Shown piece by piece: positions 28,960-39,544 of a stretch of 64,000 bases of DNA (position 1 is the first letter of the stretch; each line of letters opens with the position of its first letter). Location: contig CAWKAO010000003.1 in NCBI GenBank assembly GCA_963847665.1, forward strand, positions 569,362-633,361. Reading direction: 5' to 3'. This DNA is from an uncultured Actinomycetes bacterium. GTDB lineage: Bacteria; Actinomycetota; Humimicrobiia; Humimicrobiales; Humimicrobiaceae. A program made the translations under genes and the position numbers. The notes under the pieces were generated by a model. The model did not search any database. It was not told the DNA's origin and saw only the letters and a program-made list of their open reading frames with translations.

Positions 28960-29983
28960 ATGAAGGCATTATATTGTTATAATGATAAGGACTTCAGGAT
29001 AGAAGAAGTGAAAAAGCCGTCCATTGATGATGATGAAATGCTGATAGAGATGCTTTATTGCAGTCTTTGTGGTTCTGATGTCATAAAGATCTTCGATCCA
29101 GGTCTAAAAAAACCCGATATATACGGTCATGAAGTCGTAGGAAAAATCGTAGAAGTCGGGGCCAGGGTGACAAGATTTAAAATCGGGGACACAGTAATCG
29201 CTGCACACCATATACCATGCGGCAAATGTAACTACTGTAAGCATGGAAACCATACTATGTGTGACCAGTTTAAAAAAACCAATATTGTACCAGGCGGTTT
29301 TTCACAGTACATAAAACTTTCGGAAAAACATATAAACAATACTACTTTTAAACTTCCGGAAGGATTTGATCTTCTCAAAGCCCTGTTTATTGAGCCGCTT
29401 GCCTGCTGCATAAGAGCAATGGATCGCATTCAAAGGCTTCCCGGGGATATATTTTCAGTCACAGGTGCAGGTGCAATAGGGATTTTATTTCTTCTACTGA
29501 TAAAGTTTGAAGGTTTAAAATCCGTAGTGATCGATATGGATCCTGAACGTCTTGAACTGGCTAAATCACTGGGTGCAGATATTATAATAGACCCTTCAGA
29601 TAATGAGAGTACTGTGTCACAAAAGATCAGAGATGTATTTCCTGCAGGAATAGATGCAGCCATTCTTACCGTAACAAATGTCATATACAGTCTCCGATGC
29701 GATCACATACATAAGGCCAGGCGGAAGCATAAATATATTCGGTGTATCAGAAAAAAACAGTGTAATACCCGTTGATTTCGGAAAGTTATATAAAAATGAA
29801 CTTACAATAAAAAGCACATATTCTGCGACACCAGATACTCTTGCAAGAGCATACGATCTAATAACTACAGGTAAAATCGAAGTTGCACCACTTATTTCTG
29901 ATGTCTTTTCCCTTGATGAATTCAAAAAAGGTCTTGATATGATGCTCAGCAGGAAGATCTATAAAGCTTTTTATAGACTGTAG
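28960..29983 (+). pseudogene. second MDR zinc alcohol dehydrogenase, frameshifted near 29670-29690
   Basis: ORF 28960-29775 is ADH-like through AAILTVTNV, then becomes nonsense. ORF 29678-29983 in the +1 frame carries the ADH C-terminus (IRPGGSINIFG...). It is paralogous to the intact upstream ADH. Confidence 0.7.
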
Positions 29984-30040
29984 TGAGCTGTAGTTAGCTA
30001 TTCATAGATGCAGTATAGCACTCCCTCTTTTGCGCCTATT

Positions 30041-31018
30041 TTATGCACCATTATCTGGTCTCTTCCTGGAGTAAGGTGATTTTTCAAGCAGGGACTTACG
30101 GACTAAAGGGCCAAGTAATTTGATCATGTACCTTTTAAAACCGATCAATTTTTTTATCTCTGCTATGTAATCATCGAATGTCCTTGTCTGGTACTGAAGG
30201 AGTGATTGGCTCTCAGTCGTATCCATCCAATCAGTATAATATGGTTTTGTTGAAAACGCACTGTCAGGAAGCATTCCGATCCCATTGATATCAAGAAACT
30301 TAGATATAAATTCTCTCTGATAGAGCTGGCATCTCTTTCCACCTCCGATGAGAAGTATTTTTCCGGCGCAATCACTGCACTTTGCAGCATTTGCAAGTGC
30401 AAGCCCGACATCCATAGTGTGTACAAATTCCAGCCTGTTATCAAGAGGGATCTCAAAGATTATCGGATCGAATTCAGATGAGATCACAAGTGGCGGCACC
30501 ACTCCGAACCTGCAAACAACCCATTTGCCCCTGTATTCCTTTAGCATTTTTTCACACTCGATCTTGTGGGAAGTGTAATTATCGGTTGCGTGCACTGCAT
30601 CAGATGATTTCCATGGAGGTTTTTTATCAGGATCCATTGGTCCAAAAATAGACACTGAAGAAGCAAAAACGATCATGGGGTTTTTATCCTGTTCTTCTGC
30701 TGCTTTCAGTAAGTCTTTAGTGCCTCCAACATTTATTGCTTTTGCAAGATCTGGTTTTGATTCAGAGAGCGGGGGCAGCAGGAAAGCAAGATGAATTATT
30801 ACATCCTGGCCTTTTACTGCATGTAAGATCTCTTCCTGGTTACGAAGGTCTCCCCAGATCAGGTCGACTTTATCTGAAAATTCGCTGGATTTTTTTAGAT
30901 TTGCATCATTTTTTATATCGAAACAGCTCAATTTTATATTCAAGTCATTATTGGAAAGAAAATTCTTTATTGCGCTTGTCCCGACATTTCCAAAAGCTCC
31001 TGTTATGAGTACTTTCAT
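30041..31018 (-). CDS. NAD-dependent epimerase/dehydratase (extended SDR)
   Basis: N-terminal GAFGNVG Rossmann motif (GxxGxxG) followed by a catalytic YxxxK. Confidence 0.75.
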   Translation of the reverse strand: MKVLITGAFGNVGTSAIKNFLSNNDLNIKLSCFDIKNDANLKKSSEFSDKVDLIWGDLRNQEEILHAVKGQDVIIHLAFLLPPLSESKPDLAKAINVGGTKDLLKAAEEQDKNPMIVFASSVSIFGPMDPDKKPPWKSSDAVHATDNYTSHKIECEKMLKEYRGKWVVCRFGVVPPLVISSEFDPIIFEIPLDNRLEFVHTMDVGLALANAAKCSDCAGKILLIGGGKRCQLYQREFISKFLDINGIGMLPDSAFSTKPYYTDWMDTTESQSLLQYQTRTFDDYIAEIKKLIGFKRYMIKLLGPLVRKSLLEKSPYSRKRPDNGA

Positions 31019-31121
31019 TTTTTACCGGTCCTTTCTTTTAAAAAATTTGAATAAAAAAGTCATTTAAGAATGCAATTAAAAACAAACCATTTCTCTCACT
31101 AATTATAGCACTTGTTGTTTA

Positions 31122-31661
31122 TTAATAAGATCCTGTCAGTGTTGTTCTGGCAGCCCTGACGTAGGACTGAAAATCAGGGTCGCTAAAAAGAATGACCTGC
31201 ACAAGTTCTATTCCTGTATTATTTTTAAGATATTGCCAGATAGTCTTTATTGCGATATTGGCTGCATCTTCTACAGGATAACCAAATATCCCTGTACTTA
31301 TCGACGGAAATGATATACTTTTCAGGCCATTTTCTTCTGCGACCCTTAGGCTATTATAATAACAGTTTTTAAGGTCTTCCGGGTCATCAGGGTTTCCATT
31401 GTAAACAGGCCCGACGGTATGTATGACATGACTTGAAGGAAGATGGTAACCATATGTTATTTTAGCTTCACCTGTAAGGCAGCCACCCAGCTTTCTACAT
31501 TCTTCCCAGAGTCTGGGGCCCGCAGCCCTGTGTATCGCACCAGATACACCCCCGCCTGGGGTCAGTTCACTGTTTGCTGCATTGACTATTGCATCTGTTT
31601 CCTGCTTTGCAATATCTCCCCTGGACAGGATTAATCTGGATCTGTTTATATCATATTCCAT
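31122..31661 (-). CDS. macro-domain protein (O-acetyl-ADP-ribose deacetylase-like)
   Basis: Macro-domain motifs DAIVNAAN and GGGVSGAIH. Confidence 0.8.
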   Translation of the reverse strand: MEYDINRSRLILSRGDIAKQETDAIVNAANSELTPGGGVSGAIHRAAGPRLWEECRKLGGCLTGEAKITYGYHLPSSHVIHTVGPVYNGNPDDPEDLKNCYYNSLRVAEENGLKSISFPSISTGIFGYPVEDAANIAIKTIWQYLKNNTGIELVQVILFSDPDFQSYVRAARTTLTGSY

Positions 31662-31751
31662 AAACGATTTATCTCCTGTAAAAGATGTCTAAAGAGCCAG
31701 TGGCGGAGTAACAGGTTATGAACAGACAACAATACTAAGTAAATTATACTA

Positions 31752-33015
31752 CTATATTCTTATATTTTTAATCCTGGGTGTTTTCAGGAATAAAAGCATA
31801 AAAATCGATACAAGAGAAAGTGAGGCTCCTGTTATAAAAGCCGCTTTGAAACCGGCAAATTGCCAAATAAGTCCAAATATTATCGAAGCTGGAAGTGCTG
31901 CAATACCGATAGAGAAGTTATAAAACCCATATGCAAGTCCACGGTTCTCCATTGATAAGATCGCCGACAAGGGCTTTTTCTGTCCCCTCAGTAAAGCCAA
32001 AGAACAGTCCATAGAAACCAAACAAAGCCCAGATATGCCATAATGAATCTGCGAATGCAAAACCGATATATGTGATAAAATACACTGACCACCCGATCGA
32101 TATCATCGATTTCCTGCCGGTTTTATCAGAAAGGTAACCGCCCGCTATGCTGAACAGTGATTTTGACAGATGAAGTACTGCCCATAACAGCGGAATATAT
32201 GCTGTTTTAATACCCAGATCCGAAGCCCTTAAAAGAAGAAAGGCGTCCGTTGAATTTCCAAGAGTAAAGATTATTATAATGGATAAGAAATACGAATAGT
32301 TTTTACCTAATTTTTTGAAATCCCTGAATCTAAGTACAGGTTCTTTTATTTTGGGTTCTTTTGTTTTGGTGGTTTCAGCATTTATATCATTATTATTGCA
32401 GACACTGTTTTCTTTTGTCTTTTTATATTCTTTTACGCCAAAGATGACCAGAAGAACTGCAATAGCCCCGGGAATATATGAGAAGAGAAAAACTGTCTTG
32501 AGATCCAGCAGCAGGAGAGTCAGAAGAGCACTTGCTATAAGCGGTCCTACGACTGCACCAGCGTGGTCCATGGATCTTTGGAAGCCGAAAGCAAAACCCC
32601 TCTTGTTTTCAGGTGCAAGATCACATATCATAGCATCCCTCGGGGAAGACCTTATTCCTTTGCCCAACCGGTCTGATATCCTGAACCCGAGGAGAACCCC
32701 CCAGGAGTTAGCAATACCTATCAGGGGTCTTAAGAGATTTGAAAAAGTGTAACCCGATGCGACAAGGACTTTTCTTTTCTGGGTCTTATCAGAAAGCCAC
32801 CCGGAAAATAATTTTAAGAAGCTGTTTAAGCTCTCCGCCACTCCTTCGATTATGCCTATTACTGCAGAACCCATACCTAAAACTGTTTTTATGAATATGG
32901 GAATCAGTGGGTAAATCATCTCAGAAGCGATATCATTAAAAAAGCTTACGAGCCCCAGGATATAAATGCTTATCCAGTTTCTTCTGAGATTGTTTTTTAC
33001 TTCATTACTTACCAA
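31752..33015 (-). pseudogene. MFS transporter, frameshifted near 31975-31995
   Basis: ORF 31918-33015 carries MFS TM helices 1-11 and ends TEGTEKALVGDLINGEPW*. ORF 31752-32060 in another frame continues ENRGLAYGFYNFSIG... (TM12). Confidence 0.7.
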
Positions 33016-33033
33016 TATACGAGACCGATCTTC

Positions 33034-35952
33034 TTATTTTTTACCTGCCGTACGAATCTTCTTTTTTCGAAAATATAGTATTTCATTGATGACATTTATT
33101 AAGATTACCGAGAGAACAGAGCTTGCAATTATGACCAGCCATTGGTAGAGACCAAGTCCGGTTGTGCTGAATATATTCTGCAGGAAAGGTACATATATCA
33201 ATGCGACCTGAAGAAGTATCGAGCCGATGATGGAAATATTTAAAAATCTATTACCAAAGATTCCTTTCCTGAATATGCCCCTGTCGTCAAAGCGGTAATT
33301 GAACGAGTGCAGAAGCTGGGTGAGGACAAGGGTCGTAAAAACACATGTATGGAAGACATCCACATCATGTACAATATCGTGAGTATCAAAAAGCAGAGGA
33401 CCTATAAAATAGACAAAAAGTGCACCGACAGTCAGGATAAGGCCCTGCCATGTGATCTGCAGCAACCTATTTTTTGAGAGTATTCTTTCCCTTCTTTTTG
33501 TGGCCTGCCTGTCCATTATATTGGGCTCGGCTGGATTTATTCCCAGCGCAAAAGCTGGCAATCCATCAGTAATAAGGTTCATCCATAATATCTGTACAGG
33601 CAGCAGCGGGATATATGCAGCGTTAAAGTCCAGGCCAAGTAGCCTGAATATGAAGCTGCCCAGCACTATCGCGACAAACATCAGGAATACTTCCGAAATA
33701 TTGCATGAAAGTAGAAAAAGTATAAATTTTTTCAGGTTATCATAGATGACCCTTCCCTCTTTTATTGCTTTGACAATAGTCGCGAAATTATCATCCGTCA
33801 GTATCATGTCACTTGCTTCCTTGCTGACATCTGTACCGGTTATTCCCATAGACAGCCCTATATCTGCCCTCTTTAAAGAAGGAGCGTCGTTGATACCATC
33901 TCCGGTCATGGCGACAATATGGTCATTTTTTTTAAGTGCATCGACTATTGTGACTTTATGTTCTGGTGATACTCTTGAAAATACCTTTATCTTTTCTATT
34001 TCTTCTGCAAGCTTCTCTTCTGTGAGCCCGGTAAATTCTTCTTCATCCAGAATAAGGTCATTTTCCCCAAGTATTCCAAGTTCTGTGCCGATAGCTTTGG
34101 CAGTCAGCCTGTGATCCCCTGTGACCATTATTATATTTATATTTGCATTCTTGCATTTTGCAACAGCATCAAAGACCTCGGGTCTTGGAGGGTCAATCAT
34201 GCCGACCATACCGCTGAAAACAAGGTCATTTTCTATCTCTAGAAGTTTCTTTTCATCCGGTATCTCTGACAGGTATTTGAATGCAAATGCCAGGTTGCGC
34301 ATTGCTCCATTTGCAAGTGCCGTATTTATTTCACCTATCTTCTGCCTGTCGTCACTGGTCAGCTTTTCTATCCTGTTGTTTTTGATGACCCTGCTGCATT
34401 TTCTTTCGATCATTTCTGGAGCGCCTTTTGAAAACATTATATATTTTGGAATGCCTTCAGGACTCAAGTCATCATAAAACAATAAAGGGGATCCACTGCC
34501 AGCTCCCGCTATATCTTTTTGGGAAAGATAACCTTCTGAAATCCAGTGTACTGTAGTCATCATCTTCCTTATTGAATCAAAAGGCTCCTCAAACTGGCGT
34601 GGCAGTACTGCTTCCATATTATCCTTATCAAGTGAGTAGGCAGTGCCAAGTTCTATCAATGCTGTTTCTGTCGGATCACCGGAAAGCTGGCGGGTGCTTT
34701 TATCCATATAGTAGGCATCATTACAGAGAACGGCACTTTCAAGAAGGAATTTTAAAGAAATATCGCTTTCCGCTATATTATATTTCTGGACATCACATTC
34801 AAGCGGATTATTATCTGAGGAATATTTATAGGCCCTGTTTTCAATAAGCCCCTCATATAATTTTCTAACGGCCATTTTATTCTGGGTAAGGGTACCTGTC
34901 TTATCAGTGCATATGACAGAAACTCCCCCGAGTGTCTCTACAGAACTCAGCTTCCTGACTATCGCATTATTTTTTGCCATTTTTTGGACCCCAAGGGCAA
35001 GAGAAATGGTGACAATAGCAGGGAGCCCTTCAGGTATTGATGCTACTGCAAGTGCGACAGCGACAAGAAACATATCAGAAATGATATCAGCTCTTGTTGA
35101 TGTTATTAACCCCTGTGAGATCGCAAGAAAACCTTTTATTATTCCTGCTACAAATACTATTGCACTGACTGAAAGACATATGATCCCTATTCTTGTACCA
35201 ACAGTTTTTAATTCCTTCTGCAGTGGTGTAAGCTCTTCTTTTTCCTGGACGAGGCTTGCTATTTTTCCGACTTCGGTATTATTGCCTGTGCCTATCACAA
35301 TAGCGGTGCACCTTCCTTTTGAGACTGTGGTACCGGCAAACAAAAGGTTTATCCTGTCACCTAGAGGGATATTTTCTCTGTCAAGACTTAAAGGCGTTTT
35401 ATCGACTGCCATCGATTCCCCTGTAATAGGAGCTTCATTTGTCTGTAGATTTGTGGAAGTAATAACACGGCAGTCTGCTGGTATCATATTACCGCTGCTG
35501 AGCCTGACCATATCCCCAGGGACAAGCAGTTTTGAGCTGATATTTTTTTCATGTCCTGCCCGCATGACAAGAGCAGTAGGAGCAGCAAGCTCCTTTAATG
35601 CTGCAAGGGCTTTTTCGGCCCTGTATTCCTGTACAAATCCCAGTACGGAGTTGATTATCAGGATGACTATGATGACTATTGCATCTGTGATCTCCCGGAG
35701 GACTATACCGGATATCAATGCAGCAGCAATGAGGATCCATATCATGAAATCATTAAACTGGGAAATGAATATCCTAAAGGGAGATTTACTTTTCTTTTCT
35801 TCAAGCTCGTTGGGGCCTACTTCTTCCAGTCTTTTTAACGCATCTTTTTCACTTAGACCGTTTTTTGCATCGCTGCCGAGCTTCTGGAGTATGTCTTCAG
35901 TATCCAGAACATGCCATGGAGTAGTATTTGAATTATCAGTTACCAGTTTCAT
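33034..35952 (-). CDS. P-type cation-transporting ATPase (P2-type, Ca2+-ATPase-like)
   Basis: DKTGTLT phosphorylation site, PEGLP, TGDGINDAPSL, 10 TM segments. Length is 972 aa. Confidence 0.9.
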   Translation of the reverse strand: MKLVTDNSNTTPWHVLDTEDILQKLGSDAKNGLSEKDALKRLEEVGPNELEEKKSKSPFRIFISQFNDFMIWILIAAALISGIVLREITDAIVIIVILIINSVLGFVQEYRAEKALAALKELAAPTALVMRAGHEKNISSKLLVPGDMVRLSSGNMIPADCRVITSTNLQTNEAPITGESMAVDKTPLSLDRENIPLGDRINLLFAGTTVSKGRCTAIVIGTGNNTEVGKIASLVQEKEELTPLQKELKTVGTRIGIICLSVSAIVFVAGIIKGFLAISQGLITSTRADIISDMFLVAVALAVASIPEGLPAIVTISLALGVQKMAKNNAIVRKLSSVETLGGVSVICTDKTGTLTQNKMAVRKLYEGLIENRAYKYSSDNNPLECDVQKYNIAESDISLKFLLESAVLCNDAYYMDKSTRQLSGDPTETALIELGTAYSLDKDNMEAVLPRQFEEPFDSIRKMMTTVHWISEGYLSQKDIAGAGSGSPLLFYDDLSPEGIPKYIMFSKGAPEMIERKCSRVIKNNRIEKLTSDDRQKIGEINTALANGAMRNLAFAFKYLSEIPDEKKLLEIENDLVFSGMVGMIDPPRPEVFDAVAKCKNANINIIMVTGDHRLTAKAIGTELGILGENDLILDEEEFTGLTEEKLAEEIEKIKVFSRVSPEHKVTIVDALKKNDHIVAMTGDGINDAPSLKRADIGLSMGITGTDVSKEASDMILTDDNFATIVKAIKEGRVIYDNLKKFILFLLSCNISEVFLMFVAIVLGSFIFRLLGLDFNAAYIPLLPVQILWMNLITDGLPAFALGINPAEPNIMDRQATKRRERILSKNRLLQITWQGLILTVGALFVYFIGPLLFDTHDIVHDVDVFHTCVFTTLVLTQLLHSFNYRFDDRGIFRKGIFGNRFLNISIIGSILLQVALIYVPFLQNIFSTTGLGLYQWLVIIASSVLSVILINVINEILYFRKKKIRTAGKK

Positions 35953-36000
35953 AATATATCATTTTGGATCAACATATATTTAATAAGGTGACCTTTCTCT

Positions 36001-36855
36001 CTAAGCCCAGATATCGTGAAACATCTCCCATTCTTCAATATGCCCTCTGATATAATTTTCCAATATACCTATTATGATTTTATTGTTTGACCTTACAAGC
36101 GCTTTATGCTCGCCGTCTCTTTTGATATCCAAAGCTTTGTCTATTACCTGAAAATAATTGTATTTACCCTTTCTCCATATAAAGCTCGGAAGTATTGGTG
36201 CCCCTGATTTTAATGCAAGCTCGATCGCCCCTGAAGGTATACATGCCTTCTTGCCGAAAAAATTAAAGAACTGAGATGTCCCGGTCGGATTGAAGTCAGT
36301 AGGTATTGCAATCACTTCATTTCTTCTCAAAAGCCTGAATATCTCAAGCATAGTCTTGTTTACATAAATCGTGTAGAGGCCCTTCGATGACCTTCTGTTT
36401 TCAAAAAAAAGATTGGTTTTTTCATACGGCCGTGAAAGGGCAGTGGCCCAGATCTTAAAGCCTTCTATGCCTACCCTGCAGGCACCCCACTCAATATTTC
36501 CAAGATGGGCAGTAAATATGATAGCACCTTTACCACCCTTTAGAGCTTCCTTTAGATTATCAAAACCTTCTACATGCACTCTTTTTTTAAAGTTTTCGCC
36601 TTTCACCATTGGATGCTTTAGAAAATCCACAACAGTTTTGAACCAGTTGATATAGATCCTTTTGACTATCCTGGATACTTTCTTATCTTTTATATCAATA
36701 CCCAACACCATGGATACATTCTTTTTCATGATAGGAACGTATATATTTAGCAGATATGACAACTTGCCGATAACTGTTGCTATAAAATATGAAACAGGAT
36801 AAGGTGTAATAAATGCTAAAAATGCTGCAAATTTGTATCCTATATAAATATACAT
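36001..36855 (-). CDS. LpxL/HtrB-family lipid A biosynthesis (lauroyl/myristoyl) acyltransferase-like
   Basis: N-terminal TM helix and a lysophospholipid-acyltransferase (LPLAT) profile with a HLGNIEW-type H-box. Confidence 0.65.
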   Translation of the reverse strand: MYIYIGYKFAAFLAFITPYPVSYFIATVIGKLSYLLNIYVPIMKKNVSMVLGIDIKDKKVSRIVKRIYINWFKTVVDFLKHPMVKGENFKKRVHVEGFDNLKEALKGGKGAIIFTAHLGNIEWGACRVGIEGFKIWATALSRPYEKTNLFFENRRSSKGLYTIYVNKTMLEIFRLLRRNEVIAIPTDFNPTGTSQFFNFFGKKACIPSGAIELALKSGAPILPSFIWRKGKYNYFQVIDKALDIKRDGEHKALVRSNNKIIIGILENYIRGHIEEWEMFHDIWA

Positions 36856-37010
36856 CGGCTTACTAATTTATATTTGGTTAAAAAATATATAAAATATAAT
36901 AATATTTAATTAACAGACAGGGTATTCATTTTACATTATTTTAATGAAATTTTAATTTGTTTTTAGGATTTTTTTAAAAAATTTTCTATCTGGGGACAAA
37001 AGGAGTAAAA

Positions 37011-38169
37011 ATGAATGATATAAGTGATCTTTCAAGGGACATGAAAAGCATACTTGATTATAAAGCTACAGATAAAATGATGATAAGCCTCTATCTGAAC
37101 GTAGATGCTGCCAGGGTCTTGAAAAAAGATTTTTTAACTAGCCTTAATTCAATGATTGTAAATACGAGATCTGAAATAGAAAAATATGGTAATTACAGCA
37201 AAAGCCAGAAGAAGAACATTTCAGACCTGATGGAAAAGATAAAGGTATATATAAATGAGACATTTTTACCTGGGACAGCAAAGACATTATTGCTATACGT
37301 GGGTGAGGATGGTACCTGGAGCGAAGTAAAGCTTCCGATCATACTGAAGGACAAGATCATAATAGATCCTAAACCACATACCCAGGTCCTAAGGTCATTT
37401 CTAAATAATGTAATAAGATACGGTATCCTTTTGATTGATAGAGAAAAGGCCCAGATATATCTTGCATATCTTGGTGAGATCAAAGGATATCTTGGAGCTT
37501 TTATAAGTGATGTGCCGCCAAAAGTGAACTTCAGGAGGGAGGCTGCATTCAAGGAAAAAAATATCCTCAGCAGGATAGAGGAAAAACTTCATCATTTTTT
37601 TAAAGCCATCAATAGCCGGACCATGCAGCTTTTAAGGGAAGGAAAATTCGATAACCTGATACTTGCTGGCAGAAGTGACGTACTTTCGCAATTCAATAAT
37701 TACATGCACAGTTTCCTTCAGCAGAAATGCATAGGCAGTATCCTTGCAGAACCTGATGACGCACCTCGTGAAATCAGCGAGAAGGCGAAGGTGCTTATAC
37801 AGGAATACGAAACCGGGTTAAAAAGTGACATGATAGACAGGCTTATTAGACGAATACAATCCTAATGGAACAGGTGTTCTTGGTGTAAAGGCAGTGATCG
37901 GTTCCCTGATGCTTGAACAGGTAAGGACCCTTTTAATCGATGCAGATTTCTCTACACCGGGTTATGTCTGCGAGAGCTGTGGTTTTATCACAGTAGAAAA
38001 AAAAGAGGAGTGCCCTTACTGCAAGGGAGATCTTTTATTCTATAATGATATAACCGATGAAATAATAGAGGTCGCACTTAAACAAAACTGCGAAGTATTT
38101 GACGTATCTGCAAACCAGAGGCTTATAGAAGCAGGGAACATCGGGGCGATCTTGCGGTTTAAGCTGTAA
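37011..38169 (+). pseudogene. bacterial eRF1/Pelota-like (baeRF1-type) protein with C-terminal zinc ribbon, interrupted by an apparent +1 frame break at about 37838-37846
   Basis: The central domain resembles eRF1/Pelota domain 2 but lacks GGQ. After DMIDRL (frame 3) the conserved continuation LLDEYNPNGTGVLGVKAVIGSL... is in frame 1, paralleling eRF1 [23 protein letters not shown]. A CxxC...CxxC ribbon is inserted in the C-terminal domain. Confidence 0.55.
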
Positions 38170-38191
38170 TTCGGATTACTCTTGATTTTTT

Positions 38192-38650
38192 TTACTCAGG
38201 TGGTTTTTTAAGCTCGGTAAGTTCAGCTGTAAATTGTTTTATGCTGTCGAACTGCTTATATACAGATGCAAATCTTATATATGCGACTTTATCGAGGTTC
38301 CTTAATTTACTGAGGACCATATCACCGATATCTTTTGAACTTATTTCATTTGCATGAAAATTCCTGATCTCGGATTCTATGTCATCTACAATACTTTCAA
38401 GCTGAGAGGTTGTGATATCCCTTTTAACACAAGCCCTTATGAGTCCACTTAAGATCTTGTTTCTGTCAAAAGGCTCGCGCGTATTATCCCTCTTTATCAC
38501 TGCTATAGGTGTGTTTTCTATTCTCTCAAAAGTCGTAAACCTTTTCCCACATTTTTCGCACTCACGCCTTCGCCGTATGCTCAGGTCAGAATCGGTTATT
38601 CTTGTCTCTATTACTTTTGAATCAGGGTCCGAACAGTAGGGGCACTTCAT
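38192..38650 (-). CDS. nrdR: NrdR transcriptional repressor of ribonucleotide reductase genes
   Basis: N-terminal zinc ribbon (MKCPYC...CEKCGKRFTT) plus an ATP-cone domain. Start taken at the internal MKCPYC Met. Confidence 0.85.
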   Translation of the reverse strand: MKCPYCSDPDSKVIETRITDSDLSIRRRRECEKCGKRFTTFERIENTPIAVIKRDNTREPFDRNKILSGLIRACVKRDITTSQLESIVDDIESEIRNFHANEISSKDIGDMVLSKLRNLDKVAYIRFASVYKQFDSIKQFTAELTELKKPPE

Positions 38651-38694
38651 GTCAGACCACCACCGGCAAATCGGTACCAATAGGTTTAAAAGTA

Positions 38695-39375
38695 TTAAAC
38701 ATTTTTAAAAAATGGTTTGAATATCTTTTTGATGATCGGGCTTATGTCGCGTCTGTCTTCTTTAAAATATGATATATATAATCCGAGGCATTTAAGGCTG
38801 TACACAATAGCTGCCAGTATTAAAAAAATACACCAGTAGTAACTGTCTTCCCTGTACCACATAAAAAATGAAAAGAAAAAAATCGCGATCCCGGTAGAAA
38901 GATAAGAATCTTTTAGCAATATCAATGCTGCAGGAACAAAAAGCAGGTACAAAAAAAGAACTGAGAAAGGTGATAAGAACAGCAGCGCTCCCAGAAGGAC
39001 CGAGATGCCCTTGCCCCCCTTAAACCCAATATATATCATCCAGTTATGGCCGATTATTGCAAATACCACAGCAAGAAGCGGGATAAAAGGATGGCTATCT
39101 GAAAGAAAAGTTGCAAGCCATGCTACAAGTGCTCCCTTTCCTATATCAACGATTGCGACAATAATACCTGCAAGTTTTCCTACACTGGAAAATGTATTCA
39201 TACCCCCAACGTCTTTACTGCCAGTTTTGCGGATATCGATTTTTTTTAGCCTGCCGGCAATATATGCTGATGGTATAGCGCCAATAAGATAAGACAGTAT
39301 CAGTATCAGTGCAGTATTAGCATAAAAATTACCAAGAAGCAACGCTGCCTCCTCCCGATGAATATAATGTTTCAA
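38695..39375 (-). CDS. plsY: glycerol-3-phosphate acyltransferase PlsY
   Basis: Small polytopic membrane protein with PlsY motifs (GSKDVGGMN, GHNWMIYIGFKGGKGIS). Confidence 0.75.
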   Translation of the reverse strand: MKHYIHREEAALLLGNFYANTALILILSYLIGAIPSAYIAGRLKKIDIRKTGSKDVGGMNTFSSVGKLAGIIVAIVDIGKGALVAWLATFLSDSHPFIPLLAVVFAIIGHNWMIYIGFKGGKGISVLLGALLFLSPFSVLFLYLLFVPAALILLKDSYLSTGIAIFFFSFFMWYREDSYYWCIFLILAAIVYSLKCLGLYISYFKEDRRDISPIIKKIFKPFFKNV

Positions 39376-39544
39376 AAATTATATCATAAAAAAATCCATC
39401 TAAAAAAGAACCTGCAAACTATATGAGTTTTTTTATCCATCGGATGTTCGAGCCTATAAGAAAAAAAGGAACCAGGATGAAGCCCTGGAAGAACTTAAAA
39501 AAATGCCGGAAAACAATTTGATTCGGAACTTGTCGATCTTTTTG

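Noticed and set aside
33452-35983. Series of + strand ORFs (33452-33745, 33746-34114, 34121-34477, 34572-34847, 34907-35983), including a 358-aa one
   Set aside because: All lie antisense within the 972-aa P-type ATPase gene, which has unmistakable motifs (DKTGTLT, TGDGINDAP). The antisense ORFs are low-complexity S/I/A-rich shadow ORFs.
37820-37870. Programmed +1 ribosomal frameshift in the eRF1-like gene (by analogy with prfB)
   Set aside because: Seven other unrelated genes in the same window have similar single-base frame breaks, so an indel artefact or pseudogene is more parsimonious. No SD-like stimulator or in-frame stop-codon context comparable to prfB is seen.
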